A stretch of DNA of 64,000 bases from Methanomethylovorans hollandica DSM 15978. GTDB lineage: Archaea; Halobacteriota; Methanosarcinia; Methanosarcinales; Methanosarcinaceae. Positions 1 through 11,629 of this stretch are shown piece by piece (position 1 is the stretch's first letter; each line of letters begins with the position of its first letter). Under the pieces are notes generated by a model. That model worked only from the letters and a program-made list of their open reading frames with translations. It was not told where the DNA came from and did not search any database. The stretch lies in the NCBI RefSeq assembly GCF_000328665.1, contig NC_019977.1, positions 1,852,011-1,916,010 of the forward strand, given 5' to 3'. Position numbers and translations under genes: made by a program.

Positions 1-1
1 C

Positions 2-2056
2 GGAAAAACCCTCATAGCTGAGCTTGCAATGCTGAGCTCCATCACAAAAGGGGGAAAAGCATTGTACATTGTGCCATTAAGGGCATTGGCATCCGAAAAG
101 ATGGACCGTTTTTTGAAGTTCAGACAGATCGGCATCCAAACCGGCATATCCACCGGGGATTTTGAAGCAAGGGATGAGTGGCTTGGTGCCAATGACATAA
201 TAATTGCAACCTCAGAGAAAGCAGATTCCCTGTTGCGCAACGAAACATCCTGGATGCAGGACATCACCGTAATAGTGGTGGATGAGGTACATCTGCTGGA
301 TTCACCCAATAGAGGCCCCACTCTGGAAGTCACTATTGCTAAATTGAGAAAACTTAATCCTAAAGCTCAGATAATTGCATTATCTGCAACAGTAGGTAAT
401 GCACAAGAGATAGCAGACTGGCTGAAAGGCGGGCTTGTATTGAGCGAATGGAGACCTACAGACCTGAGGGAAGGCGTGTACTATGCGGATACGATAAATT
501 ATATCGGTGCTCAGAAAGCTGTTGCTATCACATCCTCCGACGACGGGGTAAACATTGTCATAGATACACTGGAAGAAGGAGGGCAATGCCTTGTATTCGA
601 AAGCAGCCGCAAGAATTGCGTGGGTTTTGCAAAGAAGCTGGACAGACACGTTGATAAATTGCTCAGCAAACAGGAGCGCAGTGTCCTTGACAAGATCGTA
701 GACGCAGTAATCGAAACGTCAGAAACAGAAGCTTCCAAAGTACTTGCACAATGTATCAGAAATGGTGTGGCATTTCACCATGCGGGATTGAACTCAGCCC
801 ATCGCAGGCTTGTGGAGGACGGGTTCCGGGAAAACATGATCAAAGTTATATGCAGCACGCCTACCCTTGCAGCCGGGCTGAACCTGCCTGCACGCAGAGT
901 TGTTATCCGCAGCTATAAGAGATATGATTCCAACTTTGGAATGCAGCCTATACCTGTCCTTGAATATAAACAAATGGCAGGCAGAGCGGGTAGACCTCAT
1001 CTTGACCCTTACGGAGAATCTGTGCTTATAGCCCGTTCATATGATGAAATGGAAGCACTTTTTGGGAACTATGTCAATGCCAAGGCAGAAGATGTCTGGT
1101 CAAAACTTGGTACAGAGAATGCATTGCGTACCCATGTTCTTTCCACAATTGTCAATGGTTTCGCTTCCAGTGAAGAGGGACTTATGGAGTTCATGAGCGC
1201 AACATTTTTTGCACATCAGCAGGAGGCACGTAATCTGCAGGAACTGGTAGAACAAAGCATAGCATTCCTGCTTGAGCATGGTATGCTGCAGCAAGAAGGT
1301 CGCCTTCGGGCCACACGGCTTGGAAAACTGGTGTCCATGCTGTACATTGATCCACTATCAGCTGCCACCATACTGCAAGGTTTAGAGAAAGCTGGGAAAC
1401 TCACAGACCTTACTTTGATGCATCTTGTATGTAGTACCCCCGACATGAAACAGCTTTACATGCGCAGCTCTGATTATACCATGATCAATGAATTTGCAAC
1501 TGTCCATAAGGATGAGTTTGCCAGAATGCCCAGCCCTTTTAAGTCCATAGAATATGAATGGTTCCTGGGAGAAGTTAAAACTGCCTTGTTCATGATCAAA
1601 TGGATAGATGAGATACCAATGGACGAGATCACAGCACAGTTCAACGTTGGTGAAGGAGATATACACGCTTTTGCCGATATAGCACAATGGCTCATGCATG
1701 CTACGGCCAAACTTGCGGAAACCATGGAATTTCCAGGAACAGAAAAAGCCTATGAATTGGAAAAACGTATCCAATATGGAGCTAATGCTCAATTACTCGA
1801 ACTGGTAAGCATTCGTGATGTGGGCAGGGTGCGTGCCCGAAAGTTGTATAACGCCGGACTTACGTCAGTAGAAGCGCTAAAGAATGCTGGTGTTGAAAGA
1901 ATAGGCCAACTGATAGGGCCAAAGACAGCAGAGAGGATAATGCACAATATCATGGGTTCATATCAGACGGGGAAAATAAAAGGGAATGGCTTTGCAGAAG
2001 CAGTGTACAGACCTATGGAAAGACTACAAAGAACCTTTAGTGATTTTGATGATTGA
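2..2056 (+). CDS. hel308: Hel308/Hjm (Ski2-like) DNA helicase, 5'-truncated by the window
   Basis: Frame is open from position 2 ([11 protein letters not shown], end of Walker A); DEVH, SAT and QMAGRAGR motifs; C-terminal HhH ([10 protein letters not shown]). Confidence 0.93.
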   Translation, partial: GKTLIAELAMLSSITKGGKALYIVPLRALASEKMDRFLKFRQIGIQTGISTGDFEARDEWLGANDIIIATSEKADSLLRNETSWMQDITVIVVDEVHLLDSPNRGPTLEVTIAKLRKLNPKAQIIALSATVGNAQEIADWLKGGLVLSEWRPTDLREGVYYADTINYIGAQKAVAITSSDDGVNIVIDTLEEGGQCLVFESSRKNCVGFAKKLDRHVDKLLSKQERSVLDKIVDAVIETSETEASKVLAQCIRNGVAFHHAGLNSAHRRLVEDGFRENMIKVICSTPTLAAGLNLPARRVVIRSYKRYDSNFGMQPIPVLEYKQMAGRAGRPHLDPYGESVLIARSYDEMEALFGNYVNAKAEDVWSKLGTENALRTHVLSTIVNGFASSEEGLMEFMSATFFAHQQEARNLQELVEQSIAFLLEHGMLQQEGRLRATRLGKLVSMLYIDPLSAATILQGLEKAGKLTDLTLMHLVCSTPDMKQLYMRSSDYTMINEFATVHKDEFARMPSPFKSIEYEWFLGEVKTALFMIKWIDEIPMDEITAQFNVGEGDIHAFADIAQWLMHATAKLAETMEFPGTEKAYELEKRIQYGANAQLLELVSIRDVGRVRARKLYNAGLTSVEALKNAGVERIGQLIGPKTAERIMHNIMGSYQTGKIKGNGFAEAVYRPMERLQRTFSDFDD

Positions 2057-2080
2057 ACTATAATTCTAAGGAGATGCAGC

Positions 2081-3361
2081 ATGCTTTACGGTAGATTATC
2101 AGAGTTTAAAGAAAAGGAGATAAAGGCACTCATTGAACGCGGAGGCGAGCTGGCAAATGTAAGTGGCACTGTTTCCTCGATCCTTGCAGATGTGCTCAGC
2201 AAAGGAGATGTAGCTCTTCGCGAATATACTCAGCGTTTTGATGGTGCAATGATCGATGCCATCGAAGTATCCAGGGATGAGATAGAAAACGCATACAACA
2301 GTACAGATCAGGAACTTATTAAACATCTGGAAATAGCTGCAAACAATATCCGCAAGTTCCATGAAGCACAGATGCCTGAAAAGATGTGGTTCATGCAGCT
2401 TTCCCCTGGAATAGAGCTGGGACAAAAGGCAACTGCCCTTGCAAGTGTGGGAGCCTATGTTCCCGGAGGCAGGGCCTCATACCCATCCACCGCACTTATG
2501 ACAATAATACCTGCAAAGGTTGCAGGCGTCAGAAAGGTTGTAATGTGTACGCCTCCGGGCCCTGATGGAAAGGTTAATCCCCTCACGCTGGCAGCAGCAA
2601 AAGTAGCAGGTGCGGATCATGTGTACCGCGTGGGAGGTGTGCAGGCTATTGCTGCAATGGCTTATGGGACAGATAGTGTGATGAAGGTGGATAAGATCGT
2701 GGGTCCCGGGAATGTGTATGTGACATCCGCCAAGATGCAGATCAGAGACAGGGCTGAAATAGATTTCCCTGCGGGGCCAAGTGAGGTGCTGATAATTGCT
2801 GATGAGTCTGCGTATCCTGCAATGGTCGCAGCGGACATGATAGCCCAGGCAGAGCATGACCCTCAGGCAGTATCTGTATTGGTGACAAACTCTGAAACCC
2901 TTGCCTCGAAGGTCAAAGAAGAAGTGCTGAAACAGGCACAAAGCACTATAAGAGGAGAGATAGTAGGTTCATCACTGAAGAATGCAGCAATACTGATAGC
3001 TGAATCCATTGAACAGTGCATAGATTTCTCAAACAGCTTCGCTCCTGAACATCTTGAAATAATCACTAATGACGATGAGACTGTACTTCAGAAGATAGAG
3101 CACGCAGGTTCGATCTTTATGGGCAACTATGCCCCTGTTCCTGTAGGTGATTATGCATCCGGTACGAATCATGTATTACCCACTGCAGGATATGCTAGAA
3201 TGTACTCAGGCCTCAACATAATGCATTTTCTCAAGATTTCCAGTATCCAGCGCATCAACAAGGAAGGACTTGCAACGATCATGGACACCGTAATATCTCT
3301 TGCTGAGAAAGAAGGGCTGCAGGCCCATGCCGATGCCATACGTATACGCTTTTCCAGTTAA
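2081..3361 (+). CDS. hisD: Histidinol dehydrogenase
   Basis: AYVPGG, KIVGPGN, AGPSE, QAEHD, APEHL and [13 protein letters not shown] motifs. Confidence 0.97.
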   Translation: MLYGRLSEFKEKEIKALIERGGELANVSGTVSSILADVLSKGDVALREYTQRFDGAMIDAIEVSRDEIENAYNSTDQELIKHLEIAANNIRKFHEAQMPEKMWFMQLSPGIELGQKATALASVGAYVPGGRASYPSTALMTIIPAKVAGVRKVVMCTPPGPDGKVNPLTLAAAKVAGADHVYRVGGVQAIAAMAYGTDSVMKVDKIVGPGNVYVTSAKMQIRDRAEIDFPAGPSEVLIIADESAYPAMVAADMIAQAEHDPQAVSVLVTNSETLASKVKEEVLKQAQSTIRGEIVGSSLKNAAILIAESIEQCIDFSNSFAPEHLEIITNDDETVLQKIEHAGSIFMGNYAPVPVGDYASGTNHVLPTAGYARMYSGLNIMHFLKISSIQRINKEGLATIMDTVISLAEKEGLQAHADAIRIRFSS

Positions 3362-3462
3362 GGTCTAAAATAGGATATGTTTCAATCGACAATTATTTAA
3401 TAGGTGACTACATAATTTGTTTAATAAGTTCTTTTTGAAATCAAATCGGTGGGGGGCCACCT

Positions 3463-3864
3463 ATGAAAATAAGAGTCGTAAGTTCAAGAGAAGAGATAAA
3501 TGAACTCAATCCGAATGAGAAAGTGATACACCTTGCTTTTCGCCCGTCGAACAAGGATATATTCAACCTTGTTCAAACCTGCACCAAAGTAGAGGTCATC
3601 CAGATACCAAGCTCTTACAGAAGAACAGTTTCCAAGTCCATAGAGATGTTCATGCAAATGCAGAACATTAAACTGGTGGAAGGAGATGTATGGGGTCACA
3701 GGAAGGATATCAACGAGTATTATAGCATATCACCTGCCATAATAGAGAAAATAAAAGAAATGAAGGCTGATGGCAGATCTGATGCCGAGATAGCCGATAA
3801 AATCGAAAGGGAAGGCAAACTTAACCGGGAAATGATATTCTACATACTCGGAAAGCAAAAGTAG
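3463..3864 (+). CDS. DUF1699 family protein
   Basis: MKIRVVSSREEI...HLAFRPSNKDIF...GDVWGHRKDINEY recognised as this Methanosarcinales family. Confidence 0.8.
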   Translation: MKIRVVSSREEINELNPNEKVIHLAFRPSNKDIFNLVQTCTKVEVIQIPSSYRRTVSKSIEMFMQMQNIKLVEGDVWGHRKDINEYYSISPAIIEKIKEMKADGRSDAEIADKIEREGKLNREMIFYILGKQK

Positions 3865-4020
3865 ACTTATTAGAAACAGCTCTATTAAGGCTATTGCGTG
3901 TCATCCTATTTTCGCAAATGCTACTTTTTTTCTTTTTGATGACAGTTTTAGGGCATCTCAACGATGCCTATAAATAACTTTATCACTTCATCTTTTGAAA
4001 ACACGACAGGTTTTGCGATA

Positions 4021-4785
4021 ATGACCGACAACTATGGAAAAGTATATCTTGTAGGTTCGGGTCCCGGAGATCCCGAACTGCTTACTCTGAAGGCAAGAAG
4101 GCTCATAGATAGTGCAGATGTGGTCATATATGACCAGCTTCCTGGTGAAGCGATACTGTCTTCGATTCCTCAAAAAGCCGAGAAGATTGATGCAGGAAAG
4201 TATGCCGGAGATCATACACTATCTCAGGACAGGATCAATGAACTTATAGTAGAGAAGGCAAAAGAAGGCAAAATGATTGTCCGCCTCAAGGGTGGAGATC
4301 CATATGTTTTCGGAAGAGGAGGAGAGGAGGGGCAGGAATTAGTGAAGGCAGGCATTGGTTTTGAGATCGTGCCTGGTATAACCTCTGCCATATCCGCACC
4401 TGCCTATGCGGGCATTCCTGTGACACACAGAGATCATGCCTCCATGGTTACGTTTATAACCGGTCATGAAGACCCCACCAAAGAAGAAAGCGGGCTGGAC
4501 TGGGAAACACTTGCAAAGTTCCCTGGCACCATTGTTATCCTTATGGGTGTCAAAATGCTGGAACGCAATGTAAATGAACTTATGAGGCACGGTAAAGACC
4601 CATCCACACCAATTGCACTAATAGAGAGAGGAACCCGTCCTGACCAGAGAGTAACAGTGGGCACTCTTGAGAACATTGTTGCCCTCAAGAAAGAAAGGAA
4701 GGTAAAGACACCTGCGATCACTATAATAGGTGATGTGGTCAAATTGCACGATGAACTTGGAGAGCAGTTTCCGGGAAGGAGTTAA
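4021..4785 (+). CDS. cobA: Uroporphyrinogen-III C-methyltransferase (SUMT)
   Basis: GKVYLVGSGPGDPELLT, RLKGGDPYVFGRGGEE, VPGITSA; start placed at ATG 4021. Confidence 0.95.
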   Translation: MTDNYGKVYLVGSGPGDPELLTLKARRLIDSADVVIYDQLPGEAILSSIPQKAEKIDAGKYAGDHTLSQDRINELIVEKAKEGKMIVRLKGGDPYVFGRGGEEGQELVKAGIGFEIVPGITSAISAPAYAGIPVTHRDHASMVTFITGHEDPTKEESGLDWETLAKFPGTIVILMGVKMLERNVNELMRHGKDPSTPIALIERGTRPDQRVTVGTLENIVALKKERKVKTPAITIIGDVVKLHDELGEQFPGRS

Positions 4786-5594
4786 TGGATATGGCTGACG
4801 AAAACAAACCTGTTCTGGCCATTATGCGGCCATCTGTATATAAGGAAGAATCAGTGAAGCTTGCAAGGTCCATGGGATTTGATGTAATGGCTGTTCCCAT
4901 GATCGAGCTTACGGGAACGCAAGATTCTTCCTTCAAACCTTTTTTTGAGCAGATAGCAAAAAAAGAAGCCGACTACGTGATATTCACAAGTGCCAATGGG
5001 CTTGATTACACATTGCAGAAAATACCATACGTTATGCGTGATATGTTCATAGAAGCTTTGAATAATACCAATGTAGTAGCTATAGGACCTACTACAAAGA
5101 AATCTCTGGAAGAGAAAGGCATTAAGGTCATGGGCATGCCCGGAGTGTACAGTTCAAAGGGACTTATAGAATACCTTTGCAAGGATGTAAAGAATAAGAA
5201 CATAGGCATGGCACGTAGTGTCTTTGGCTCAACTGTGCTCACAGAGGGACTTACCCGCTGTGGCGCAAATGTGCTGGAAACAAAAGTTTATAGCCTTTTT
5301 AGGCCTGATGGCGAGGAGCAAAAAGACCTGATAAGAACTGCTCTGGATGGCAAGATCACAGCTTTTGCCTTTACCAGTTCCATGATGGTGCATAATTTCT
5401 TTGAGGTGGCCAAAGAGCTCGAAGCCGGAGATGCGATCGTGCAGGCACTCAGTGAGTCAATCGTAGCAGCTATTGGCTTGCCTACAGCAGAAACATTGCG
5501 TGGCTACGATGTGAATGTTTCTGTTATCCCTGACGAGTATACGTTCGAAGAGATATTAAAGAAGATTAAGGACATGCTTTTGGCATGTTCCTGA
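4785..5594 (+). CDS. hemD: Uroporphyrinogen-III synthase
   Basis: IFTSANG, AIGPTT, FTSS and AIGLPTA motifs; coupled to cobA by a TAATG overlap. Confidence 0.92.
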   Translation: MDMADENKPVLAIMRPSVYKEESVKLARSMGFDVMAVPMIELTGTQDSSFKPFFEQIAKKEADYVIFTSANGLDYTLQKIPYVMRDMFIEALNNTNVVAIGPTTKKSLEEKGIKVMGMPGVYSSKGLIEYLCKDVKNKNIGMARSVFGSTVLTEGLTRCGANVLETKVYSLFRPDGEEQKDLIRTALDGKITAFAFTSSMMVHNFFEVAKELEAGDAIVQALSESIVAAIGLPTAETLRGYDVNVSVIPDEYTFEEILKKIKDMLLACS

Positions 5595-5709
5595 AAAACC
5601 TATTTATATCATTTTTTCTTTTTCTCATGCAAATTTCGGATAAAACATAGAAATGCCCGGAAGGCAGCATTTGCGTACCTGATTCTACTTATTAAGCGGA
5701 ACGATTATC

Positions 5710-6909
5710 ATGATAGGTATTTCAAAACTATATTGTGGGACTGTGGAACCATCAGATGCTTTAAGATACGGCAGGGATTCTAAGAAACTCCCTTCTCATC
5801 TTTTGCAGTTCTCTATCGACAAAAAACCTGTTGTCGTCTGGAATGTGACCAGACGCTGCAACCTCAAATGTGTACACTGTTATGCACATTCTAAAAATAT
5901 TGATTACAAGAACGAACTGACTACAGAAGAAGGTAAGGCACTCATAGATGACCTTGCGGATTTTGGCTCTCCCGTGATCTTATTTTCTGGAGGGGAACCC
6001 CTCATGCGCAAAGATCTGCCTGAGCTAGCCGCATACGCCAGGTCCAAAGGAAGAAGAGCAGTCATCTCCACGAATGGGACCCTCATCGATAAAGAAATGG
6101 CAAAGAAATTAAAAGAGATCGGTCTTTCTTATGTGGGTATCTCACTTGATGGTATGAGAGAAACGAATGATAAGTTCAGAGGACGTGCAGGCGCTTTTGA
6201 TGCCGCTCTTGAAGGACTGCGCAACTGCAGGGCCGAAGGTATCAAGGTCGGCCTCAGGTTCACCATCAATAAGCATAATGTGAAGGATATCCCTGCCATA
6301 TTCGACCTTATAGAAAAAGAGAACATACCTCGTATATGTTTCTACCATCTGGTATATGCAGGCAGGGGTTCGGATATGGTAGAAGAAGACCTTAGCCTTG
6401 AAGAGAGCCGGGAAGTAGTTGACCTTATAATGAAGAGGACCCGGCAGTTACATGAGAAGGGGTTGCCTGTGGAAGTGCTCACAGTTGACAATCACTGCGA
6501 TGGGCCGTACATTTATCTGAAGATGCTTGAAGAAGATCCGGAGAGAGCTGCAGAAGTATACTCACTGCTACAGATGAACCAGGGGAACTCTACGGGCATA
6601 GGCATAGGTTGTGTTTCATGGGACGGATCGGTACATCCTGACCAGTTCTGGAGGCATTACACTTTTGGAAATGTCCGGGAAAGAAAGTTCAGTGAGATCT
6701 GGAGAGATACGACCGATGAGCTGATGGCAGGCCTTAAGGACCGCAAGCCTCTGATAAAACAACATGCAGATAGATGTGCAAAGTGCAAATGGCTGGATGT
6801 ATGTAATGCTAATTTCAGGGTTAGAGCCGAAGCTGTGCACGACAATGTATGGGCAGATGACCCTGCCTGTTACCTCACAGACAAGGAAATAGGCTATCAG
6901 AGTCAATAA
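5710..6909 (+). CDS. ahbC: Radical SAM/SPASM 12,18-didecarboxysiroheme deacetylase
   Basis: MIGISKLYCG N-terminus, CNLKCVHC motif, C-terminal CAKC...C and DDPACY; follows cobA-hemD. Confidence 0.9.
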   Translation: MIGISKLYCGTVEPSDALRYGRDSKKLPSHLLQFSIDKKPVVVWNVTRRCNLKCVHCYAHSKNIDYKNELTTEEGKALIDDLADFGSPVILFSGGEPLMRKDLPELAAYARSKGRRAVISTNGTLIDKEMAKKLKEIGLSYVGISLDGMRETNDKFRGRAGAFDAALEGLRNCRAEGIKVGLRFTINKHNVKDIPAIFDLIEKENIPRICFYHLVYAGRGSDMVEEDLSLEESREVVDLIMKRTRQLHEKGLPVEVLTVDNHCDGPYIYLKMLEEDPERAAEVYSLLQMNQGNSTGIGIGCVSWDGSVHPDQFWRHYTFGNVRERKFSEIWRDTTDELMAGLKDRKPLIKQHADRCAKCKWLDVCNANFRVRAEAVHDNVWADDPACYLTDKEIGYQSQ

Positions 6910-7003
6910 GAACACAATTGACCTTATTAATAACTTGCAGACAAAGGAATCACCTGTCTGCTTATCTTTAGATTATAATGAGTACTGACAGGCCTATAAA
7001 AGC

Positions 7004-7023
7004 ATGGCCTCCGGAGAGGCCAT
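7004..7023. terminator. Hairpin between convergent ahbC and superoxide reductase genes
   Basis: ATGGCCTC-CGGA-GAGGCCAT, perfect 8-bp stem. Confidence 0.5.
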
Positions 7024-7051
7024 AAGCATCTGAAAAAAGTTAATGAAAAAT

Positions 7052-7402
7052 TTAAACTTCGATGCAGTTCTGCCAGACACCATGTATATTGCAGTATTCA
7101 AGAGCACAGAAGGCCTTGAAATTATCAATGTTGTTGATGTGGAAACTGGCTATTGGCTCTGAGTGCACGGGCTCGAAGTTCATCCGTCCAAAATCAATGG
7201 TCTTTCCATCTTTTGTGATGCCGAAAAGCTCCACCCATTCAATATGATGTTCCACTGTGTTGGGATGAGGTACTTCCTTACCCACAACAACCCTTACAAA
7301 ATCAGCGCCTGTTGACCCGTGCCCTCTTATGAGCTCTATGGCCGGAACATGTTTCTCTTTGCCTTCTACTTCTTTTCCTTTAAGTATTTCTCCGAATTGC
7401 AT
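7052..7402 (-). CDS. sor: Superoxide reductase (neelaredoxin-type, desulfoferrodoxin Fe(II) domain)
   Basis: EKHVP, HPNTVEHHIEW and YCNIHGVW iron ligands. Confidence 0.92.
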   Translation of the reverse strand: MQFGEILKGKEVEGKEKHVPAIELIRGHGSTGADFVRVVVGKEVPHPNTVEHHIEWVELFGITKDGKTIDFGRMNFEPVHSEPIASFHINNIDNFKAFCALEYCNIHGVWQNCIEV

Positions 7403-7516
7403 TATTTCACCTCTATATTTATGCTGTTAATCATTATTCTGTCAAGCTCTTGTCTGCTGATGCTGTGAACACTGGAACAGAGAGAGATATTATCAAGCAT
7501 GAAAGATTCGCTCCAC

Positions 7517-7739
7517 TCAGAATACGATGATCTCATATCCTTGCTATACTTACCTGCTCATACTTGGATGCCCGAACATCTCATCACAAAGGCGAAGACC
7601 CTGTTCTTTGGCGCTTTCAAGGCTATCATCTTCTAGGTGCATGCACTGCAAACACAGTCATATCTATAGCATTCATCAGTGCGTGAGCAAAGCACATAGG
7701 CTCATCATTGAAAGCGAAAATTGCTATTTTTTTGCCCAT
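7517..7739 (-). pseudogene. Decayed DsrE-like protein gene
   Basis: Three frames give MGKKIAIFAFNDEPMCFAHALMNAIDM / DCVCSACT*KM / SLESAKEQGLRLCDEMFGHPSMSR*V*QGYEIIVF*; GGAGG SD at 7747-7751 on the minus strand. Confidence 0.8.
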
Positions 7740-7942
7740 ATTGCTTCCTCCGATACAGTGTACTGGCCACCCCTGATGAGATTAAGCAGATTGATATAAA
7801 GGATTAACGGTGTTCCTGACCCCTATGCGGAATATAGAGCATGTTGCCAGGATGTTGCGTCAACCAGATATATTTAAATAATGAAAAACCCACTGTTACG
7901 GATACCGTACAATCACTACATCATATTTATCGGAGAGTTGCA

Positions 7943-10543
7943 ATGACAGTTCCAAAGGAATATATCCCTCATGAGGTCGAACCAAAGTGGAAGGAAGCAT
8001 GGGACATGTCCATGTACCATTTTGACTGGGAAGATCATAATAGACCACAGTTCATTATAGATACACCTCCGCCTTATCCCACTGGCAATTTCCATATAGG
8101 GAACTCTCTTAACTGGTGTTACATAGATTTTGTTGCCCGTTACAAGCGCATGTGCGGATACAATGTGATGTTCCCGCAGGGCTGGGACTGCCATGGACTT
8201 CCCACAGAAGTAAAGGTAGAAGAGATACATAATATCACAAAGAATCAAGTGCCAAGGGAAGAGTTCAGGAGAATGTGCCGTGAACTGACGACCAACAACA
8301 TTGCAAAAATGCGCAATACAATGATGAACTTAGGTTTCTCCGTGGACTGGAGCAATGAGTTCGTTACAATGGAACCTGCATATTACTCCAAGACACAGCG
8401 GTCTTTCCGCAGGATGTATGACATGGGCAGGATATACCAGTCCGAGCATCCTGTTAACTGGTGCCCGAGATGTGAAACCGCCATTGCATTTGCAGAAGTG
8501 GAATATGAAGGCAGGAGCACACAGCTTAATTACCTTAATTTTGACAAATTAAAGATAGCCACCACAAGGCCTGAACTTATGGCAGCATGTGTAGCTGTTG
8601 CAATCAATCCTGAAGATGCACGCTACAATGCTCATATCGGAAGCAAGGTAAAGGTTCCCCTCTTCGGACATGAAGTTCCCGTAATAAGTGATAGTGTAGT
8701 AGATCCTGCATTTGGTACGGGTGTCGTGATGATCTGTACCTTCGGTGATAAGCAGGATGTACGCTGGTGGGTGGAACATAAACTTCCCCTGCGCAAGGCC
8801 ATTGATAAGAACGGCCGTATGACAAAAATCGCAGGCAAATATGCAGACATGACTATTCCGGAATGTAAGGAAGCCGTCATAACGGATCTGAAAGCAGAAG
8901 GGTACCTATACGAGCAAAAGGAACTCGAACAGAATGTAGGAATGTGTTGGAGATGTGACACACCCATCGAAATCCTTTCTGAAAAGCAGTGGTTCGTTAA
9001 GATAGATACCAATGATGTCAAAAAAGCTGCCGATGAGATCAACTGGACACCTGAGCACATGAAGGTCAGGCTTGAGAACTGGCTGGGCACCATGGAGTGG
9101 GACTGGTGTATCTCCAGACAGCGTATATTTGCAACTCCTATACCTGTATGGTACTGTAAGGACTGTGGCGAGGTAATGGTGGCAAAAGAAGAGTGGATGC
9201 CCATTGATCCCACCCGGGAATCTCCAAAAGAACCATGCAGTAAATGCGGTAGCACTAATTTTGAGCCAGAGGAAGATGTACTGGACACATGGATGGATTC
9301 TTCCATTACAGTCCAGCATGTTACTGGCTGGCTCACTGATCATAAAAGCAGATTACCTGCCCAATTGAGACCACAGGGCCATGATATCATCCGGACATGG
9401 GCCTTCTATACGATCCTCCGTTCCATGGCACTTGCAGGCAAGCGCCCCTGGGATTCTATCCTTGTGAATGGCATGGTGCTGGGCGAGGATGGCCATAAGA
9501 TGAGCAAATCCCTGGGCAATATAATCCCTCCTGAAGAGGTAATTGAGAAATACAGCGCAGATTCATTCAGACAGTGGGCAGCCATAGGAGGCGCTCCTGG
9601 TTCAGATGTGATGTTCCGCTGGAAAGATGTAGTATCTGCATCACGCTTCTTTGCTAAGATGTGGAGCATATACAGGTTCTCTGTTTCCCACTTCAATGAC
9701 CGGGATACATCCTATGTGCCCACAAAAGAGGAACTTCATATTGTGGATAGATGGTTGCTCGACAAGTTGTACGAACTGATAACTTCAGTAACCTTGAACA
9801 TGGATGCCTGTCAGTTCGATGAGGCTTTTAAATCCATCCGAGGTTTTGCCTGGGAAGTAGTGGCAGACAATTACATCGAACTTGTCAAATCCCGCCTGTA
9901 TGGCACCAATGCAACGGATAGAAAAGCAGCACAATACACACTATACGCAACTATAGAAGTACTTGCAAAATTGCTTGCTCCGTTTGCACCCTTCTTTGCA
10001 GAGGAAATGTATTCAAGACTTGGAACCGGAAGTGTACATATGCAATCCTGGCCAAAGGCAGATGCCTTATGGAAGGATGAAGAGGCCGGTAAAGCCGGAG
10101 AACTTGTTAAAGAGATTGTGAGCAGCGTCAGGAGATATAAATCCGAGCATGGTATTGCCCTTAATGCTCCTTTGAAAGGTCTTGAAATATATGGAGCGCT
10201 CACCGACGTAATGGACATAACAGGTGCAACTAACACACCAGTAGAAGTGATGGTAGGCAACCCTGATTTTGAGCACGTGCCAGTGAATGTCAAGCCTAAC
10301 ATGGGAGTCATCGGCCCAAAATTCAAAGGCCAGGCAAAGGCTATAATCGATGCATTAACGGAAGCTAATCCGAAAAAACTGGTAAGCGAGATGGAACAGA
10401 ATGGGAAGATAAGCCTGCAGACAAAGAGTGGCATTATAGATCTGGCTCCCGAAAGTGTGGAGATAGAAAAAGAAGTGATCTCTGCCGGCAGAGCAGTTGA
10501 TGTGCTGGATGTAAAGGGCATTCCTGTTGTAGTGATCAGGTAA
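7943..10543 (+). CDS. valS: Valine--tRNA ligase
   Basis: [18 protein letters not shown] and KMSKS; start ATG 7943 after GGAGA. Confidence 0.97.
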   Translation: MTVPKEYIPHEVEPKWKEAWDMSMYHFDWEDHNRPQFIIDTPPPYPTGNFHIGNSLNWCYIDFVARYKRMCGYNVMFPQGWDCHGLPTEVKVEEIHNITKNQVPREEFRRMCRELTTNNIAKMRNTMMNLGFSVDWSNEFVTMEPAYYSKTQRSFRRMYDMGRIYQSEHPVNWCPRCETAIAFAEVEYEGRSTQLNYLNFDKLKIATTRPELMAACVAVAINPEDARYNAHIGSKVKVPLFGHEVPVISDSVVDPAFGTGVVMICTFGDKQDVRWWVEHKLPLRKAIDKNGRMTKIAGKYADMTIPECKEAVITDLKAEGYLYEQKELEQNVGMCWRCDTPIEILSEKQWFVKIDTNDVKKAADEINWTPEHMKVRLENWLGTMEWDWCISRQRIFATPIPVWYCKDCGEVMVAKEEWMPIDPTRESPKEPCSKCGSTNFEPEEDVLDTWMDSSITVQHVTGWLTDHKSRLPAQLRPQGHDIIRTWAFYTILRSMALAGKRPWDSILVNGMVLGEDGHKMSKSLGNIIPPEEVIEKYSADSFRQWAAIGGAPGSDVMFRWKDVVSASRFFAKMWSIYRFSVSHFNDRDTSYVPTKEELHIVDRWLLDKLYELITSVTLNMDACQFDEAFKSIRGFAWEVVADNYIELVKSRLYGTNATDRKAAQYTLYATIEVLAKLLAPFAPFFAEEMYSRLGTGSVHMQSWPKADALWKDEEAGKAGELVKEIVSSVRRYKSEHGIALNAPLKGLEIYGALTDVMDITGATNTPVEVMVGNPDFEHVPVNVKPNMGVIGPKFKGQAKAIIDALTEANPKKLVSEMEQNGKISLQTKSGIIDLAPESVEIEKEVISAGRAVDVLDVKGIPVVVIR

Positions 10544-10545
10544 GA

Positions 10546-10563
10546 AGGGAGATCTTACTCCCT
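10546..10563 (+). terminator. Hairpin directly after the valS stop
   Basis: AGGGAG-N6-CTCCCT. Confidence 0.4.
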
Positions 10564-10630
10564 ATACGTAATCTTTAATTGTGCTGTTGCGTTATGATAT
10601 TAATCACTGGAGAATAAGCCAGGTGGTCCC

Positions 10631-11116
10631 TTGAAGATCAGAGGAAGGATACAACTCAGGAAATCTGCCAAAAATAAACTGCTCGATAACCTCATATCCA
10701 TGTATGGGGACACAGTAGTGCAGAAGGTAGCATCGTACAAATTCGAGCATGCTGATGCAGGTGACACATCTGTGATCCTTATAGACGGGAAAGTGCTATT
10801 ATTTGCAGTAGACGATATCTATTTCCCAACAGTGCGAGGTGTTATAGAGCTGGCCATTGAGAAGAATACAGTGGTAGTGGATTCTGGTGCCGTACGCTTT
10901 GTAGTGAATGGTGCAGACGTGATGAGCCCTGGAATTGTCCATGCAGATGAGAACATTCTGCAAGGGGATCCTGTGATCGTAAAAGAAGAGAAATATGGCA
11001 AGCCTCTTGCCATTGGCAAGGCACTGATCCCTGGAAAGGACATGATTTCAGATTCTGGGAAAGCTGTGAAATCTTTGCATCATGTAGGTGATGAGATATG
11101 GAATATCGAAATGTAA
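10631..11116 (+). CDS. PUA-domain RNA-binding protein (Tma20/MCT-1-like)
   Basis: VVVDSGAVRFVVNGADVMSPGI and HHVGDEIW. Confidence 0.88.
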   Translation: MKIRGRIQLRKSAKNKLLDNLISMYGDTVVQKVASYKFEHADAGDTSVILIDGKVLLFAVDDIYFPTVRGVIELAIEKNTVVVDSGAVRFVVNGADVMSPGIVHADENILQGDPVIVKEEKYGKPLAIGKALIPGKDMISDSGKAVKSLHHVGDEIWNIEM

Positions 11117-11248
11117 TTTTAGAGGCACAATAATTAAAATATATGGTTGTTCTTATAAATAATGAAGATGCTAAATCAGTAGGAGATATTTTTAACTGGA
11201 TCAGTCCAATAATAAAATAAGTACTGTAAAAGATAAAGGGTGCATGTT

Positions 11249-11629
11249 ATGGCAAAATTAATGGATAAGTTTTTTGGCGTAAGTAAAAGATCGCCTACGG
11301 GTGAAGACGAGTTCACTGAGCTTGATCTGAGCAAATATGAAGAAGTAACAGGAGAGGAGCCTGCAGAAACATATGTAAGAGTGGCAGAACTTACAAACCT
11401 GAATGATCTGGCTTTGCTCAAGAAAGAAGTGTATGAGGGAAATATCCTAATGATAGACATATCCACCATCAAGAACGATAAACTTATGTTGGACAGGGCT
11501 CTGAAGGACCTGAAAGATGTTGTCGTGGATGTCCATGGAGATATAGCTGGGCTTAAAGAAGACCAGGTTCTGGTAACCCCTACCGGGATAAAGATCGATC
11601 GTTCAAAGATAGTTGGTGGAAGATATTGA
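11249..11629 (+). CDS. sepF: Cell division protein SepF
   Basis: VRVAEL...GNILMIDI...GDIAGLKEDQVLVTPTGIKIDR; usual PUA-sepF-ZPR1 context. Confidence 0.88.
   Translation: MAKLMDKFFGVSKRSPTGEDEFTELDLSKYEEVTGEEPAETYVRVAELTNLNDLALLKKEVYEGNILMIDISTIKNDKLMLDRALKDLKDVVVDVHGDIAGLKEDQVLVTPTGIKIDRSKIVGGRY

Noticed and set aside
7575..7640. In-frame TAG in the DsrE-like fragment read as pyrrolysine
   Set aside because: Co-occurring TAA and frameshifts indicate decay rather than recoding
7527..7799. 90-aa + strand ORF
   Set aside because: Antisense shadow of the DsrE-like pseudogene; no recognisable motifs
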